The notes below the pieces were generated by a model that had not been told where the DNA came from, did not search any database, and saw nothing but the letters and a program-made list of their open reading frames with translations. 64,000 nt of DNA. It comes from an uncultured Candidatus Saccharibacteria bacterium. GTDB taxonomy: Bacteria > Patescibacteriota > Minisyncoccia > Phycocordibacterales > CAIZLB01. The stretch lies in the NCBI GenBank assembly GCA_964450605.1, contig CAYVEK010000001.1:8430-72429 (forward strand), given 5' to 3'. The translations under genes were made by a program, and so were the position numbers. This document shows positions 11,201 through 20,256 of the stretch, piece after piece; position 1 is the stretch's first letter, and each line of letters begins with the position of its first letter.

Positions 11201-12179
11201 TACAACTGCAACTGTTACCTGGGACACAAATGAAAATGCATCATCATCAGTTCGATATGGAACATCACCTGGTGTATATACAGGCATATCATCATCTACT
11301 GCAGATTTAAGTCACTCAGCAACTCTTACAGGATTATCAAGAGATACAACATATTACTTCTCTGTATTGGCACGTGATCCTTCTGGTAACGTTTCGACTT
11401 CAACAGAGCGATCATTTAAAACACAAGTAAGCGGTTCTCCGGTTGTTACTGTCCAAGCAGCTTCATCTATCTCGACAAGTAGTGCTACGCTCAATGCGAC
11501 GTTAGTTGATGATGGAAATGCTTCAACTACATCATGGGGATTTGAATATGGTCCAACAACCTCGTACGGAACAGTGGTTTCTGTTGGAGGGTTTATACCA
11601 AACAGTACACCGTATTACATATCTATTACAGGCCTGAATCCGGCAACGACTTATTATTTTAGGGGAGTTGTAACAACTACTTTCGGAACAGCTTCTTCAA
11701 GTGGAACTAGCTTTGTGACAGCCTCAATCACACCCGACACCCCACCCGTCATCGGCCCCGTCGGAGGCTCATCAGGTGGAGGTGGTGGAGCAGGAGCTCA
11801 GCAACCACAACAACAGAACAATAACCAACAGCCTCAACCTCAAAACAACAAACCAGAACCCAACACCCCAGCAGAAGCCCTCCAAAACCTCGGTGCCCAA
11901 GGTGTAGTCATCAAAAACATACAAGCACCAGGTAAGAAGAACCTAGACGTCAAAAACATACAAAAGATACTAAACGCAGACAAAGCAACCCAGATAGCCA
12001 AGAAAGGCCCAGGATCTCCAGGTAAAGAAACAGACCTCTATGGAGCAGCCACAAAAGCTGCAGTAGGTAAATTCCAGATAAAACACGGAATACTCAAGTC
12101 TCCAAAGGACAAAGGCTACGGTATCGTAGGTCCTGCAACCCAAAAGAAGATGAATGAGTTGGTCAAGGGGAAGAAGTAG
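8244..12179 (+). CDS. large secreted surface protein: DUF2341-like + LamG + FN3/Ig repeats + SdiA-regulated(YjiK)-like propeller + C-terminal peptidoglycan-binding-like domain
   Basis: Signal peptide; WWNNGW..R, DVRF, LNYEIE, IYMYYGN; WYHV..VWD, LYVNG, FDGQMDELRVS; GLEGIAY/PEGVAWD repeats; YGAATKAAVGKFQ, GIVGPAT. Confidence 0.8.
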   Translation: MTFFKRICVFLLIVGFVFGIIPIQKYKGFEPTKVHAADPWWNNGWTKRMKITFANGSRGALTDFPVQVALNSGRVTYGNFKAGGADVRFVDADGSTLLNYEIEKWDTSGTSTLWVKIPQIDSASDTDYIYMYYGNTGASAVATTTGVWDSSYVTVQHWGEDPTGAAPQFQDSTVNNKDGTASSSQVGGPVVATTLSGRFGSGLDFNGNTHFVDEGETQLAPLPNGSAEFWFDIDTMAASSTNRYLFSRVKSGANDGELRVYVDTTSGSVNRDKIVFQIECTVPSSISPIATSTASTTIDSWYHVTAVWDDDTAGAMKLYVNGTQVGYSNTTTCGSEATAVVTMAGKNNALNNGYFDGQMDELRVSSVARSADWINASYVSGVDGLNTYAGVENQPDAVPPVISSIASSTTDTTATITWTTDESATSTVNYGLTTSYGSASSSNTGTTNHSIQLTGLTQSTTYNFQISVWDTSSNLATSSNLTFRTAAATPPGQPTSVTVYPYDNRAHLRWTASTGTVTDYKIEYKLSSEPTTWTLFNDGVSTATTTMVTGLTNNVAYDFRITGTNGGSDGTVSATVSTTPSYLMTFVNPTIANGNSTSSTTITAYASTTSGLTPSYFTFRLETSGGSLVSNSTTTTRWGDFSLNHLTELSHKVDIAITSDLSGHVYVPTTNTLFTVHNNQNVLTELNRDGTLASSSRPTITCSACGDIEDITLVSSVASTTAGGYDHTFMISTEDVDTNNLQIFRIVVHSKGAVTVNRNDYFSTGIAASSTNDGLEGIAYNANTDTYFVSVEGQATQTTRPRLYEVTLGSGHSATSVPVCTNINFRDYLTEDNTVAYGNTAYADISGLDFSTSTNRLYVISHKADKILEVDVANRNSCSVLNQLPIAMRADSGPNHDFQMPEGVAWDATGDYMYVSAELSYWSIWRTNTYTVQKTFTGLTPGTYNLYTSVTDAFGNTSTTTARSFTVFTPDTTAPVISNIASSTTDTTATVTWDTNENASSSVRYGTSPGVYTGISSSTADLSHSATLTGLSRDTTYYFSVLARDPSGNVSTSTERSFKTQVSGSPVVTVQAASSISTSSATLNATLVDDGNASTTSWGFEYGPTTSYGTVVSVGGFIPNSTPYYISITGLNPATTYYFRGVVTTTFGTASSSGTSFVTASITPDTPPVIGPVGGSSGGGGGAGAQQPQQQNNNQQPQPQNNKPEPNTPAEALQNLGAQGVVIKNIQAPGKKNLDVKNIQKILNADKATQIAKKGPGSPGKETDLYGAATKAAVGKFQIKHGILKSPKDKGYGIVGPATQKKMNELVKGKK

Positions 12180-12239
12180 AACAAGACCTCAGATAAATCA
12201 AGCTAATACCACATGTGACAGTGTGGTATTATTGTTTGT

Positions 12240-13955
12240 ATGAAATATCTAAACATACTACTGATTAGTCTAATAGTTATACTTGGGGTATTTTTTCTGT
12301 TTACGAAAAAAGTAGAAGGCCCTGTCATAAGTGATAATGAATCATTACTAATGACTAGTAGTGTGCAGATGGTGGTAGCTTCAAGTAGTTCTATTGTATC
12401 TGGTATTACATTTACAAATGATACATATAAGTTATTCCTAACTCAGGAAAGTGAAGATAATACATATGCAGATTTTACATATACTAAACAAGGTGTGATA
12501 GATACAGGTCCGTTCGCGGGGTATACAAAACTTTTAGTTACTAGAACATATGATGGACCTTCGCTTGATGGTTTGGGAGTTTTTGCGTTTATAACAAAAG
12601 ATTTTAAAACTTTTTTGGTCACAAAGCAGTATTCGTTCGTATCTGATGAATATCAAAAGTTTAATAAGGATACTGTTTTAGGTGTTGTTGATTTCAAAAT
12701 CAGCCATCCCGAGAAAATAGAATACAATGGACTTACTTTCTCTAGAAATGAGTTTTTTCAAAAAAATGATTATACTCGTATAAGTAAAGGTCAAAAACTA
12801 TTTGATATAGATAGGCTTACAGCATATGCGGAAGATATTGATTATGATGATAAGATTATCAGTTCCTATATAAAAGGAACATCACGAATATGGCTTGAAG
12901 ATGCATATGGTGTTGTATTTGCGTACAGTCCTTATGTAAGAGAGGCTGAAGGTGTTGTTTTTTCAAATAACGACTTTATTGATTCTAAGAAAGTATATAC
13001 AGTTTATGGAGACGCTATTCCAGAAATGTGTGGTGCTTTCTATTCAAATAAGATTTTACAAAACTTGAAAACAGAAGATCTTGTAAAAGTAACAGCTACT
13101 AAAACTGGTGTAGAGATGTATGCTCTGAAAGATAAAAATCATCCACTACTCAAGGCACAATATCAAAGAAAGATAGAGAATCAGAAAATGTATTTTACTG
13201 AAGTAAATCCTGAATATAAAAAAATTCCAACATACAATGAATACGTATCTCAATATCCAATACTTATATACAAAGACATCTGGAACAGGTGGAATGCAAT
13301 AGGTGAATTTCAATATAAAGTTGATGGAGGATGTGGTAAGCCAGTGATCTATCTTTATCCGCCAAAGCCTACAGATATCTCTATTTCATTTGTAAAACCA
13401 GTACGGCTAACTGCTGATATTCCATCATATGACGGAGGTTGGAATGTTAGAGCTGATAGTTTTGGAAATCTAACCGATTTGCAACCAGATAAAACTGATT
13501 GTAATAAGATAAATTCAAAAAAACTTGGTTTGGAATACGCAAAAGATGCATGTCTTTCAGGTGTGTATCCATATATCTACTGGGCAGGTGATGTAAAGGC
13601 AAAATATCCTAAGGCACAAGAAGGTTTTATTGTTACACGAGCAGATCTTAAAAAAACGCTTGAAGAAAAATTGGCATATATAGGTTTATCTGACAAAGAA
13701 ATAAAGGACATGGTTGAGTACTGGTATCCATATATGTATGAAAAAGGTTTTTCATACTATAGATTAACCTTCTTTCAGAATAAAGAAATGAACTCATTTG
13801 TGCCCATGAATGTATATCCACGTCCAGATAGTGTGGTACGTGTATTTCTAGATTGGGAAGGTTTAGATGAAGAAATCTTCATAAAACCTCAGTTGCTACA
13901 AAAGATAGACCGAAAGGGTTTTACACTTGTTGAGTGGGGTGGTTTGAAAAAGTAA
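12240..13955 (+). CDS. membrane-anchored hypothetical protein with conserved C-terminal KPVIYLYP...VEWGG domain
   Basis: N-terminal TM; GGCGKPVIYLYP, PRPDSVVRVF, GFTLVEWGG. Confidence 0.7.
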   Translation: MKYLNILLISLIVILGVFFLFTKKVEGPVISDNESLLMTSSVQMVVASSSSIVSGITFTNDTYKLFLTQESEDNTYADFTYTKQGVIDTGPFAGYTKLLVTRTYDGPSLDGLGVFAFITKDFKTFLVTKQYSFVSDEYQKFNKDTVLGVVDFKISHPEKIEYNGLTFSRNEFFQKNDYTRISKGQKLFDIDRLTAYAEDIDYDDKIISSYIKGTSRIWLEDAYGVVFAYSPYVREAEGVVFSNNDFIDSKKVYTVYGDAIPEMCGAFYSNKILQNLKTEDLVKVTATKTGVEMYALKDKNHPLLKAQYQRKIENQKMYFTEVNPEYKKIPTYNEYVSQYPILIYKDIWNRWNAIGEFQYKVDGGCGKPVIYLYPPKPTDISISFVKPVRLTADIPSYDGGWNVRADSFGNLTDLQPDKTDCNKINSKKLGLEYAKDACLSGVYPYIYWAGDVKAKYPKAQEGFIVTRADLKKTLEEKLAYIGLSDKEIKDMVEYWYPYMYEKGFSYYRLTFFQNKEMNSFVPMNVYPRPDSVVRVFLDWEGLDEEIFIKPQLLQKIDRKGFTLVEWGGLKK

Positions 13956-13958
13956 ATA

Positions 13959-14534
13959 TTACTTTTTGCCAAACAAATTTTTAACTTTGTTAAACATTCT
14001 ATAAAGACCGGTTTTTCGTTCTTCTTTCAGAGATGTCTGTTCTGTGACAAAGTTTGTCTGGGCTATAGGCATCTTATCAGTAGTGGTTATTATACCTGGT
14101 TCCGTCGAATCACGTGATAATGCCTCAAGTTTCTCTCTAGATTCTTTTATCCTTTGCTGATGTTGCTGAATAGCTCTTTCTTCAGCTTTATAATCATCTG
14201 TACCCACATCTGTTCGATCATCGAAGACATCGTGAAGGTTTTCAAGTAAATTTTCTGAGGCATCGATTGCCCAAGTTTCTCGTGTATGTATTATATTGTG
14301 CACTGTCTCGCGTAGGCCGTGTTCTCGGGTAAGAGCTTCTAAAGGGTATACACCTTTTTCTATCTGTCCTATTAGAAAGATGAGATCGTGCACTGTAGGT
14401 TTTGATCCATCTGTTGTGTCTATATTTGTAACCAAGGTATCTATAAATTCAGGACTTTGTTGTAACAAGAATTCATATAGATCTTCAAACTTATTGTATG
14501 CGGGTATAAATTCATATTGTTGTGGTGTTTCCAT
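13959..14534 (-). CDS. hypothetical protein
   Basis: 191-aa ORF 4 nt downstream of miaA; LTREHGLRETV motif; amphipathic basic C-terminus. Confidence 0.7.
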   Translation of the reverse strand: METPQQYEFIPAYNKFEDLYEFLLQQSPEFIDTLVTNIDTTDGSKPTVHDLIFLIGQIEKGVYPLEALTREHGLRETVHNIIHTRETWAIDASENLLENLHDVFDDRTDVGTDDYKAEERAIQQHQQRIKESREKLEALSRDSTEPGIITTTDKMPIAQTNFVTEQTSLKEERKTGLYRMFNKVKNLFGKK

Positions 14535-14538
14535 GCGT

Positions 14539-15435
14539 CTATTGTATCATTAGTTTAATACTTTTTTGTAATAGGTCTGTATCCGATATATCGAGCCAGT
14601 GTATGGATTTGTTCTTCCTAAACCAAGTTCTTTGTCTCTTGGCATAGTGCCATATGGCGTAGAAAAGTTGTTCTTTGAACTGTTCAAGGGTTATTTCTTT
14701 TTGTAGATACTTTGACGTATATGCATATTCTAAGCCAAGTTGCTGCATACGTTCGTAAGTAAGTATTCCTTGTTGCAAGAGTTGTTCAGATTCCTCGATC
14801 ATACCTTGTTCTAGACGACGATCTATACGTTTTTTTATTTTATCTTTTAATACATCATCAGCTCCATCAAGACCTATATATACAACGTCATATATATCTT
14901 TTTTTTCGAGTGGTGGTATGGAACCTAGTTCTGTAAGTATTTCTATTGCACGAATTATCTTTCTTTTATTTTTCAGATCGACGTTGTGAGGCTGTTCTTT
15001 ATTTAGTTTTTTAAATATACTTAATAACTCCTCTGTATTTTTTGTCTCGAGTTCCGTGCGCAGTGTTTGGTTTATAGGTACGTCGGGGAAGTGTATATCA
15101 TGAACAATACTGTCTATATATAAGCCAGTACCTCCGCAGAGTATAGGGATATTGCCTCGGCTATAAATATCGTCTATGACTTTCTTTGAATCTTTGATAA
15201 AGAAATCTGCAGTATATGTTTGATCAGGGTTTACAGTATCAAGCATATGATGAGGTACACCATGCATCTCTTCGCTGGTTATTTTTCCTGTACCTAAGTC
15301 TAATTTTTTGTATATCTGTCGAGAGTCGGTTGATAGTATCTCAGCATTGCCTAGATGCAGAGCTAAAGCAACGGCTAGGTCACTTTTTCCTGTGGCAGTT
15401 GGTCCGCATATAACTATCATCTTTGGTTTTTGCAT
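14539..15435 (-). CDS. miaA: tRNA dimethylallyltransferase
   Basis: GPTATGKS, DSRQIY, GTGK, GGTGLY, YAKRQRTWF. Confidence 0.97.
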   Translation of the reverse strand: MQKPKMIVICGPTATGKSDLAVALALHLGNAEILSTDSRQIYKKLDLGTGKITSEEMHGVPHHMLDTVNPDQTYTADFFIKDSKKVIDDIYSRGNIPILCGGTGLYIDSIVHDIHFPDVPINQTLRTELETKNTEELLSIFKKLNKEQPHNVDLKNKRKIIRAIEILTELGSIPPLEKKDIYDVVYIGLDGADDVLKDKIKKRIDRRLEQGMIEESEQLLQQGILTYERMQQLGLEYAYTSKYLQKEITLEQFKEQLFYAIWHYAKRQRTWFRKNKSIHWLDISDTDLLQKSIKLMIQ

Positions 15436-15552
15436 TGTTTAGAGAATAGCACAGATTATACAAATTACGATACTTTTTTGAGTGTTTGGGAAGTGGAAAG
15501 TAAAGGTGTTTGGGTGGATTATTATAGTGAGGGTTATGTAGCCCTTTGCTCT

Positions 15553-15696
15553 ATGCTTAGAATCCGCCAACTCTACTTCACTTTCAAGTGGTGGTGGACG
15601 TTTCGGACAAAAAGAGTGCCGGTAAAGCCTCTTCAATCTGAAGCTGTCCACTCCACCTCTCAAGATGAGGGATACGTTCAACTGGAGCTTTTTTAA
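15553..15696 (+). CDS. candidate 47-aa small protein ending in QLELF
   Basis: ATG ORF after a TATAGT -10-like box and followed by hairpins plus a U-tract; no known homology. Confidence 0.35.
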   Translation: MLRIRQLYFTFKWWWTFRTKRVPVKPLQSEAVHSTSQDEGYVQLELF

Positions 15697-15749
15697 GGCT
15701 TCTCGGCCCGCCGGAGAAAGGCTCAAAACCTGGTCAAACCCATGTTCAG

Positions 15750-15777
15750 AGCCTCCTCCGGAGGGTTTTTCTTTTTG
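15750..15777 (+). terminator. intrinsic terminator-like hairpin
   Basis: CCTCC-tcc-GGAGG followed by GTTTTTTCTTTTT. Confidence 0.5.
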
Positions 15778-15821
15778 CAGAGACTTGGTCCTTACAGGGC
15801 CAGTACACTAGGCTTTTTGTT

Positions 15822-15905
15822 TGGTGCCGGAGAAGAGACTTGAACTCTTACGGGTTGCCCCGCGCGATTTTGAGTCGCGTGCGTCTACCATTCCGCCACT
15901 CCGGC
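15822..15905 (-). tRNA. tRNA-Leu(CAA)
   Basis: Reverse complement GCCGGAGTGGCGGAATGGTAGACGC...CTCAAAA...GTTCAAGTC...CTCCGGCACCA; long variable arm; encoded CCA. Confidence 0.97.
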
Positions 15906-15928
15906 TTACGTGCTATACTATAGCATAT

Positions 15929-16552
15929 ATGAAAAAACGTTCAATCCTCATCCTTGTACTCCTCATCCTTGTTGCCGGAGGTGTAACTTTCTATGTTAAA
16001 AATAAGACTACACATCATTTCATAGATAGTAGTATTACAAGTTCTGATGCTGCAATAAAAGCTTTTATCGAAATGATGATTCCTCATCATCAGGAGGCTG
16101 TTAGAACTTCAGAGCAGGTCTTAGCTGATAAAAGCATAGAAAATTTTGATCTACGAATTATCGCTGGACGTATAGTAGATGCTCAGACTTTTGAGATCAT
16201 ACAAATGATCAGTTGGTACGAAGATTGGTTTAAGATGGAGTACGATATAACAGGTATGTCGCACACTCATCACTATATGCCTATGATGAATACTGCAAGT
16301 ACAACAGGTGTGGTTCTTGAGAAAAACTATGTTAAAGGTATGATAAAACATCACAAAATGGCTATTGAGATGGCTCGAGAACTCATAGCGGCTTTTGATA
16401 AATATGAGGGAAGTAAAACTATCGGTGATGGAGATTTGGTTATACATGAATCTCATCCAAACATAGATACTATACGTCAGTTTGCACAGAAGATTATTGA
16501 TGTACAAAGCAAAGAAATTGAACAATTGTCCAGCTTGAAGTTTGACAGATAG
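15929..16552 (+). CDS. DUF305 (ferritin-like/CopM-like) domain protein
   Basis: N-terminal TM; FIEMMIPHHQEAV, MIKHHKMAIEMA, AQKIIDVQSKEI. Confidence 0.85.
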   Translation: MKKRSILILVLLILVAGGVTFYVKNKTTHHFIDSSITSSDAAIKAFIEMMIPHHQEAVRTSEQVLADKSIENFDLRIIAGRIVDAQTFEIIQMISWYEDWFKMEYDITGMSHTHHYMPMMNTASTTGVVLEKNYVKGMIKHHKMAIEMARELIAAFDKYEGSKTIGDGDLVIHESHPNIDTIRQFAQKIIDVQSKEIEQLSSLKFDR

Positions 16553-16566
16553 TGCTATAATAGAAG

Positions 16567-16688
16567 AGTCTCCCAATTATAGTTGGCTTAACAATTTTTT
16601 TAAGGGAGGCCGTCGTAGAGGAAAGCTGAGGCTTTCATCTCGGGTCACCCACCTGAGTTTATCTTAGGTCCAACTCCATTGGGAGGCT
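16567..16688 (+). ncRNA. compact 6S RNA-like structured RNA
   Basis: 11-bp closing stem AGTCTCCCAAT/ATTGGGAGGCT; AACAATTTTTTT bubble; GGGAGGCCG...CGGGTCACCCACCTG as in Firmicutes 6S; TGCTATAAT promoter just upstream. Confidence 0.65.
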
Positions 16689-16725
16689 TCAAGGCGAGTT
16701 AGTTTACTGACTCTTCTTGAAGCCT

Positions 16726-17130
16726 ATGGTAGACAGATACAATTACAAAAAGATATTGACTGTCGCTTTTATAACACTATTTTTTATTTTAGGTATAAAT
16801 GAGTTAGCTGTAGATTATCATATATATTTTATATATAAATGGTTTGATACACCCATGCATTTTTTAGGAGGATTTGGTGTAGGTATACTGTGTATCGGTT
16901 TACTTAGATTTTTTCTTAATAAAGAAAAGTATGATTCAAAAAAAACTTTCTGGTATGCAGTACTAGGTGTTTTTGCAATAGGTGTTGTTTGGGAACTAGT
17001 TGAAGTTTTTTATAAAGTCTCTGTTATTTTTGGTGGAGTATTTTGGTTTGATACAATAAAAGATTTGCTTATGGATGTATTTGGTGGAATACTTAGTTAT
17101 ATATGTTTCCGTCATCGCTTAAAAAAATAA
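16726..17130 (+). CDS. small membrane protein (VanZ/DUF2238-like)
   Basis: WFDTPMHFLGG, WELVE, DTIKDLLMD; 4 TM segments. Confidence 0.7.
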   Translation: MVDRYNYKKILTVAFITLFFILGINELAVDYHIYFIYKWFDTPMHFLGGFGVGILCIGLLRFFLNKEKYDSKKTFWYAVLGVFAIGVVWELVEVFYKVSVIFGGVFWFDTIKDLLMDVFGGILSYICFRHRLKK

Positions 17131-17156
17131 GTGAATCAACAGGGTATAAAGAATAT

Positions 17157-18548
17157 ATGCGCATCACTTTTTGTGGTGGGGTGACATCTGTTACTGGTGC
17201 AAACTTTCTTTCTGAAATACATAAGAGCGACGGAACAGTTCTAACCTTTTTGGTTGATTGCGGTATGGAACAGGGTACTGATAGGGCGAAAGTTTACAAT
17301 GCTTCACCTTTTGTATTTAATCCTGCAAAAGTTGATATATTACTCGTCACACATGCTCACATGGATCACATAGGTCTTATTCCAAAACTAGTACGGCACG
17401 GATTTCGAGGAACTATATACAGTACACCTGAAACAAGAGATCTATCTGTATTTATGTTGGAAGATTGCTTAAAACTCGTTACACAAGAGGCTGACGAGGC
17501 TGGGGTTGACCCTCTGTTTGAAGCACAAGATGTTCGACATGCTTTCGAACTTTGGAAGACTATACCATATCATAAAGATTTTACATTGTTTAAACATAAA
17601 AAAGAAAAAGTTACAGTTTTTTTGAAAGATGCAGGCCATGTGCTTGGTTCTTCTATGTTTGAAGTATCTGTTCCTTTAAATGGAGAGACAAGAAAAGTTT
17701 TATTTACAGGAGATCTGGGAAACAGTCCAGCACCAATACTCAAAGACACTGAAAAGATAGAAGGTGTTGATTATGTCATTATGGAAAGTGTGTATGGTGA
17801 CAGAAATCATGAAGATAAACCAGAACGATTGCGAAAATTACAACAGGCCATAGAAGATACCATCGAAAGACAGGGCATACTTCTTGTACCGTCATTTTCA
17901 CTAGAAAAAACACAAGAAGTTTTGTATGAGATAAACAGATTATTTGAAGACGGTGTTGTAAAAGAGATACCGTTATATCTTGATTCACCTCTAGCAACGA
18001 AGCTTCTGCCTATATATAAAAAATATACAAAAGATTATAACAGTGAAGCGACTGAGCGGAGAAGAAGAGGTGATGATATCTTAAACTTTAAAACGCTAAA
18101 AATAATACATGACGCAGAAGAGTCTAAGGCTATAAAGTTTACAAAGAATCCAAAGATCATCATGGCAGGTTCAGGTATGTCGACTGGAGGACGTATACTT
18201 CATCATGAGTTGAACTATATAAGTGATAAAAAAACTATACTGTTATTTATGGGATTTCAAGCACTTGGAACACTTGGACGAGAGATACGAGACGGTGCAA
18301 AACAAGTAACTATATACGGTCATCAAGTTCCTGTGCATGCCGAGATACGGACCATAGATGGATATTCAGGACACAAAGATTCAGATCACCTCGTTTCTTT
18401 TGTTGAGGATACTGCACAGTCAGTACGTAGAGTTTTTGTGGCTATGGGTGAGAGTAAATCTGCACTATTTCTTGTACAGAGATTGCGAGATTATCTTGGT
18501 GTTGATGCTATACATCCACAAGACGGTGATAACTTTATCATCTCGTAA
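17157..18548 (+). CDS. MBL-fold beta-CASP ribonuclease (YSH1-like)
   Basis: VDCG, THAHMDHIG, AGHVLGS, TGDLG, ESVYG, GSGM..GGRI, SGH. Confidence 0.92.
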   Translation: MRITFCGGVTSVTGANFLSEIHKSDGTVLTFLVDCGMEQGTDRAKVYNASPFVFNPAKVDILLVTHAHMDHIGLIPKLVRHGFRGTIYSTPETRDLSVFMLEDCLKLVTQEADEAGVDPLFEAQDVRHAFELWKTIPYHKDFTLFKHKKEKVTVFLKDAGHVLGSSMFEVSVPLNGETRKVLFTGDLGNSPAPILKDTEKIEGVDYVIMESVYGDRNHEDKPERLRKLQQAIEDTIERQGILLVPSFSLEKTQEVLYEINRLFEDGVVKEIPLYLDSPLATKLLPIYKKYTKDYNSEATERRRRGDDILNFKTLKIIHDAEESKAIKFTKNPKIIMAGSGMSTGGRILHHELNYISDKKTILLFMGFQALGTLGREIRDGAKQVTIYGHQVPVHAEIRTIDGYSGHKDSDHLVSFVEDTAQSVRRVFVAMGESKSALFLVQRLRDYLGVDAIHPQDGDNFIIS

Positions 18549-18595
18549 AAAAGTGTGTTGGGCAATTACATGTAAGATTTGTTATTATATAACAT

Positions 18596-19591
18596 ATGAC
18601 AAATCACAGAGTATATGTAACACGAGCTATACCTCAAAATGGTATAGATCTATTGAGAGATAGGGGATACGAGGTTGTGATCGGCGAAGATATTAAACCT
18701 CTTAAGCCTGGTGCGTTGTATAAGATTTTAAAAAAGGCTGAAAAAGAAGGCAAAGGGTATGATGCGGTTCTTACACTTCTTACAGACAAAGTAAATGCAG
18801 ATATAGTTACATATGCTCCAAAACTAAAAGTGGTGTCAAACTATGCTATAGGATATGACAACTTAGATGTAAAAGGTTTATCTGACAAACAAGTTGTTGT
18901 GACAAATGCTCCAGGTGAATACTGTGCAACAGTGGCTGAGCATGTAGTAGGTCTCATACTTTCACTGGTTCGAAATATTACTCGCGGAGACAGATTTGTT
19001 CGAGCAGGTCTGTACAAAGGTTGGGATCCTATGCTTTTTGTTGGGCAGGATATATCTGGAAAAACACTTGGTCTGATAGGTGCAGGACGTATAGGTGAGA
19101 AGGTTGCCCAGTTTTTAAAATCAGCTTTCAATATGAATATTGTATATTTTGATACTCGACAAAATGAAATGCTCGAGAAAAATTATTCCGCACAAAAAGC
19201 ACAGTCTTTAGATGAGCTTTTAGAAAAGGCGGATGTGGTATCTATTCACGTTCCACTTCTTCCATCTACTCGACATATGGTAGATGAATCATTTATAAAA
19301 AAGATGAAAAAAACAGCATATCTTATAAACAGTTCACGTGGTCCAGTTGTCGATGAGAAGGTTCTTATAAAAGCCCTAAGACGAGGCTGGATACAGGGTG
19401 CTGGGCTTGATGTATTTGAATTTGAACCAAAAATTTCTCGAGGATTACGACGTCTTTCAAATGTTGTGATGACGCCACATATCGCATCTGCAAGTGATGA
19501 AGCAAGAAATGAAATGTCTCGCATAGCATGTGAAAATATAATTGATGTATTTGAAGGAAGAACTCCAAAAGGATTAGTCAGACCACAATAA
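18596..19591 (+). CDS. D-glycerate dehydrogenase / glyoxylate reductase family
   Basis: GLIGAGRIG, INSSRGPVVDE, GLDVFEFEP, TPHIAS. Confidence 0.92.
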   Translation: MTNHRVYVTRAIPQNGIDLLRDRGYEVVIGEDIKPLKPGALYKILKKAEKEGKGYDAVLTLLTDKVNADIVTYAPKLKVVSNYAIGYDNLDVKGLSDKQVVVTNAPGEYCATVAEHVVGLILSLVRNITRGDRFVRAGLYKGWDPMLFVGQDISGKTLGLIGAGRIGEKVAQFLKSAFNMNIVYFDTRQNEMLEKNYSAQKAQSLDELLEKADVVSIHVPLLPSTRHMVDESFIKKMKKTAYLINSSRGPVVDEKVLIKALRRGWIQGAGLDVFEFEPKISRGLRRLSNVVMTPHIASASDEARNEMSRIACENIIDVFEGRTPKGLVRPQ

Positions 19592-19613
19592 ACCGTGATA
19601 TACTTTTACACAT

Positions 19614-20219
19614 ATGAAAGTAACTTCAAGTATTCAAAAAGATATTAAGAAAGCATATCTGACTCCAAAGATAGGAGTAAGTGCATCTGCTGACGGTAGT
19701 TTTCTAAGTCAGGATGCTTGTGAGGTAGGTAAACAGCTTGGTAAAGAGATTGTTGAACAAGGAGGTATTATCGTAACAGGCGCCTCTACTGGTTTTCCAT
19801 ATTGGTCTTCTATGGGGGCTAAGCAGGCAGGAGGCCTATCTATCGGTTTTTCTCCAGCAGTGAGTCCAAAAGAACACACTGATGTGTATAGACTGCCTCT
19901 TGATTATATGGATCTTATTTCTTTTACAGGCTTTGGATATCCAGGACGAGATCTTATTTTTACCCGATCATGCGACGGTATCATCATTGGTCCCGGTCGT
20001 ATAGGTACTATACATGAGTTTACTATCGCTTTTGAAGACGAAAAACCTATGGGAATACTAGAAAGTGATTGCTGGGAAACTGATGAAGTTTTAAAACTTA
20101 TCATTGAAAAAAGTCATAGAAAAAATAGATATATCGTTTTTGATAATGATCCAAGAAGACTTGTAACAAAAGTTATGAATCTAGTGCGAGAGAAGTGGGA
20201 AGCTGAGGGGAGGTTGTGA
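19614..20219 (+). CDS. LOG/SLOG family Rossmann-fold protein
   Basis: IVTGA..G.P, GAKQAGG.SIG, G..GTIHE. Confidence 0.8.
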   Translation: MKVTSSIQKDIKKAYLTPKIGVSASADGSFLSQDACEVGKQLGKEIVEQGGIIVTGASTGFPYWSSMGAKQAGGLSIGFSPAVSPKEHTDVYRLPLDYMDLISFTGFGYPGRDLIFTRSCDGIIIGPGRIGTIHEFTIAFEDEKPMGILESDCWETDEVLKLIIEKSHRKNRYIVFDNDPRRLVTKVMNLVREKWEAEGRL

Positions 20220-20256
20220 TTTGCAGTGTGGTGTGAGTGTGTGAGATAATTTATTT

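Noticed and set aside
15821-15928. 5' extension of the 243-aa ORF in the track
   Set aside because: It overlaps tRNA-Leu on the opposite strand; the real start is ATG 15929.
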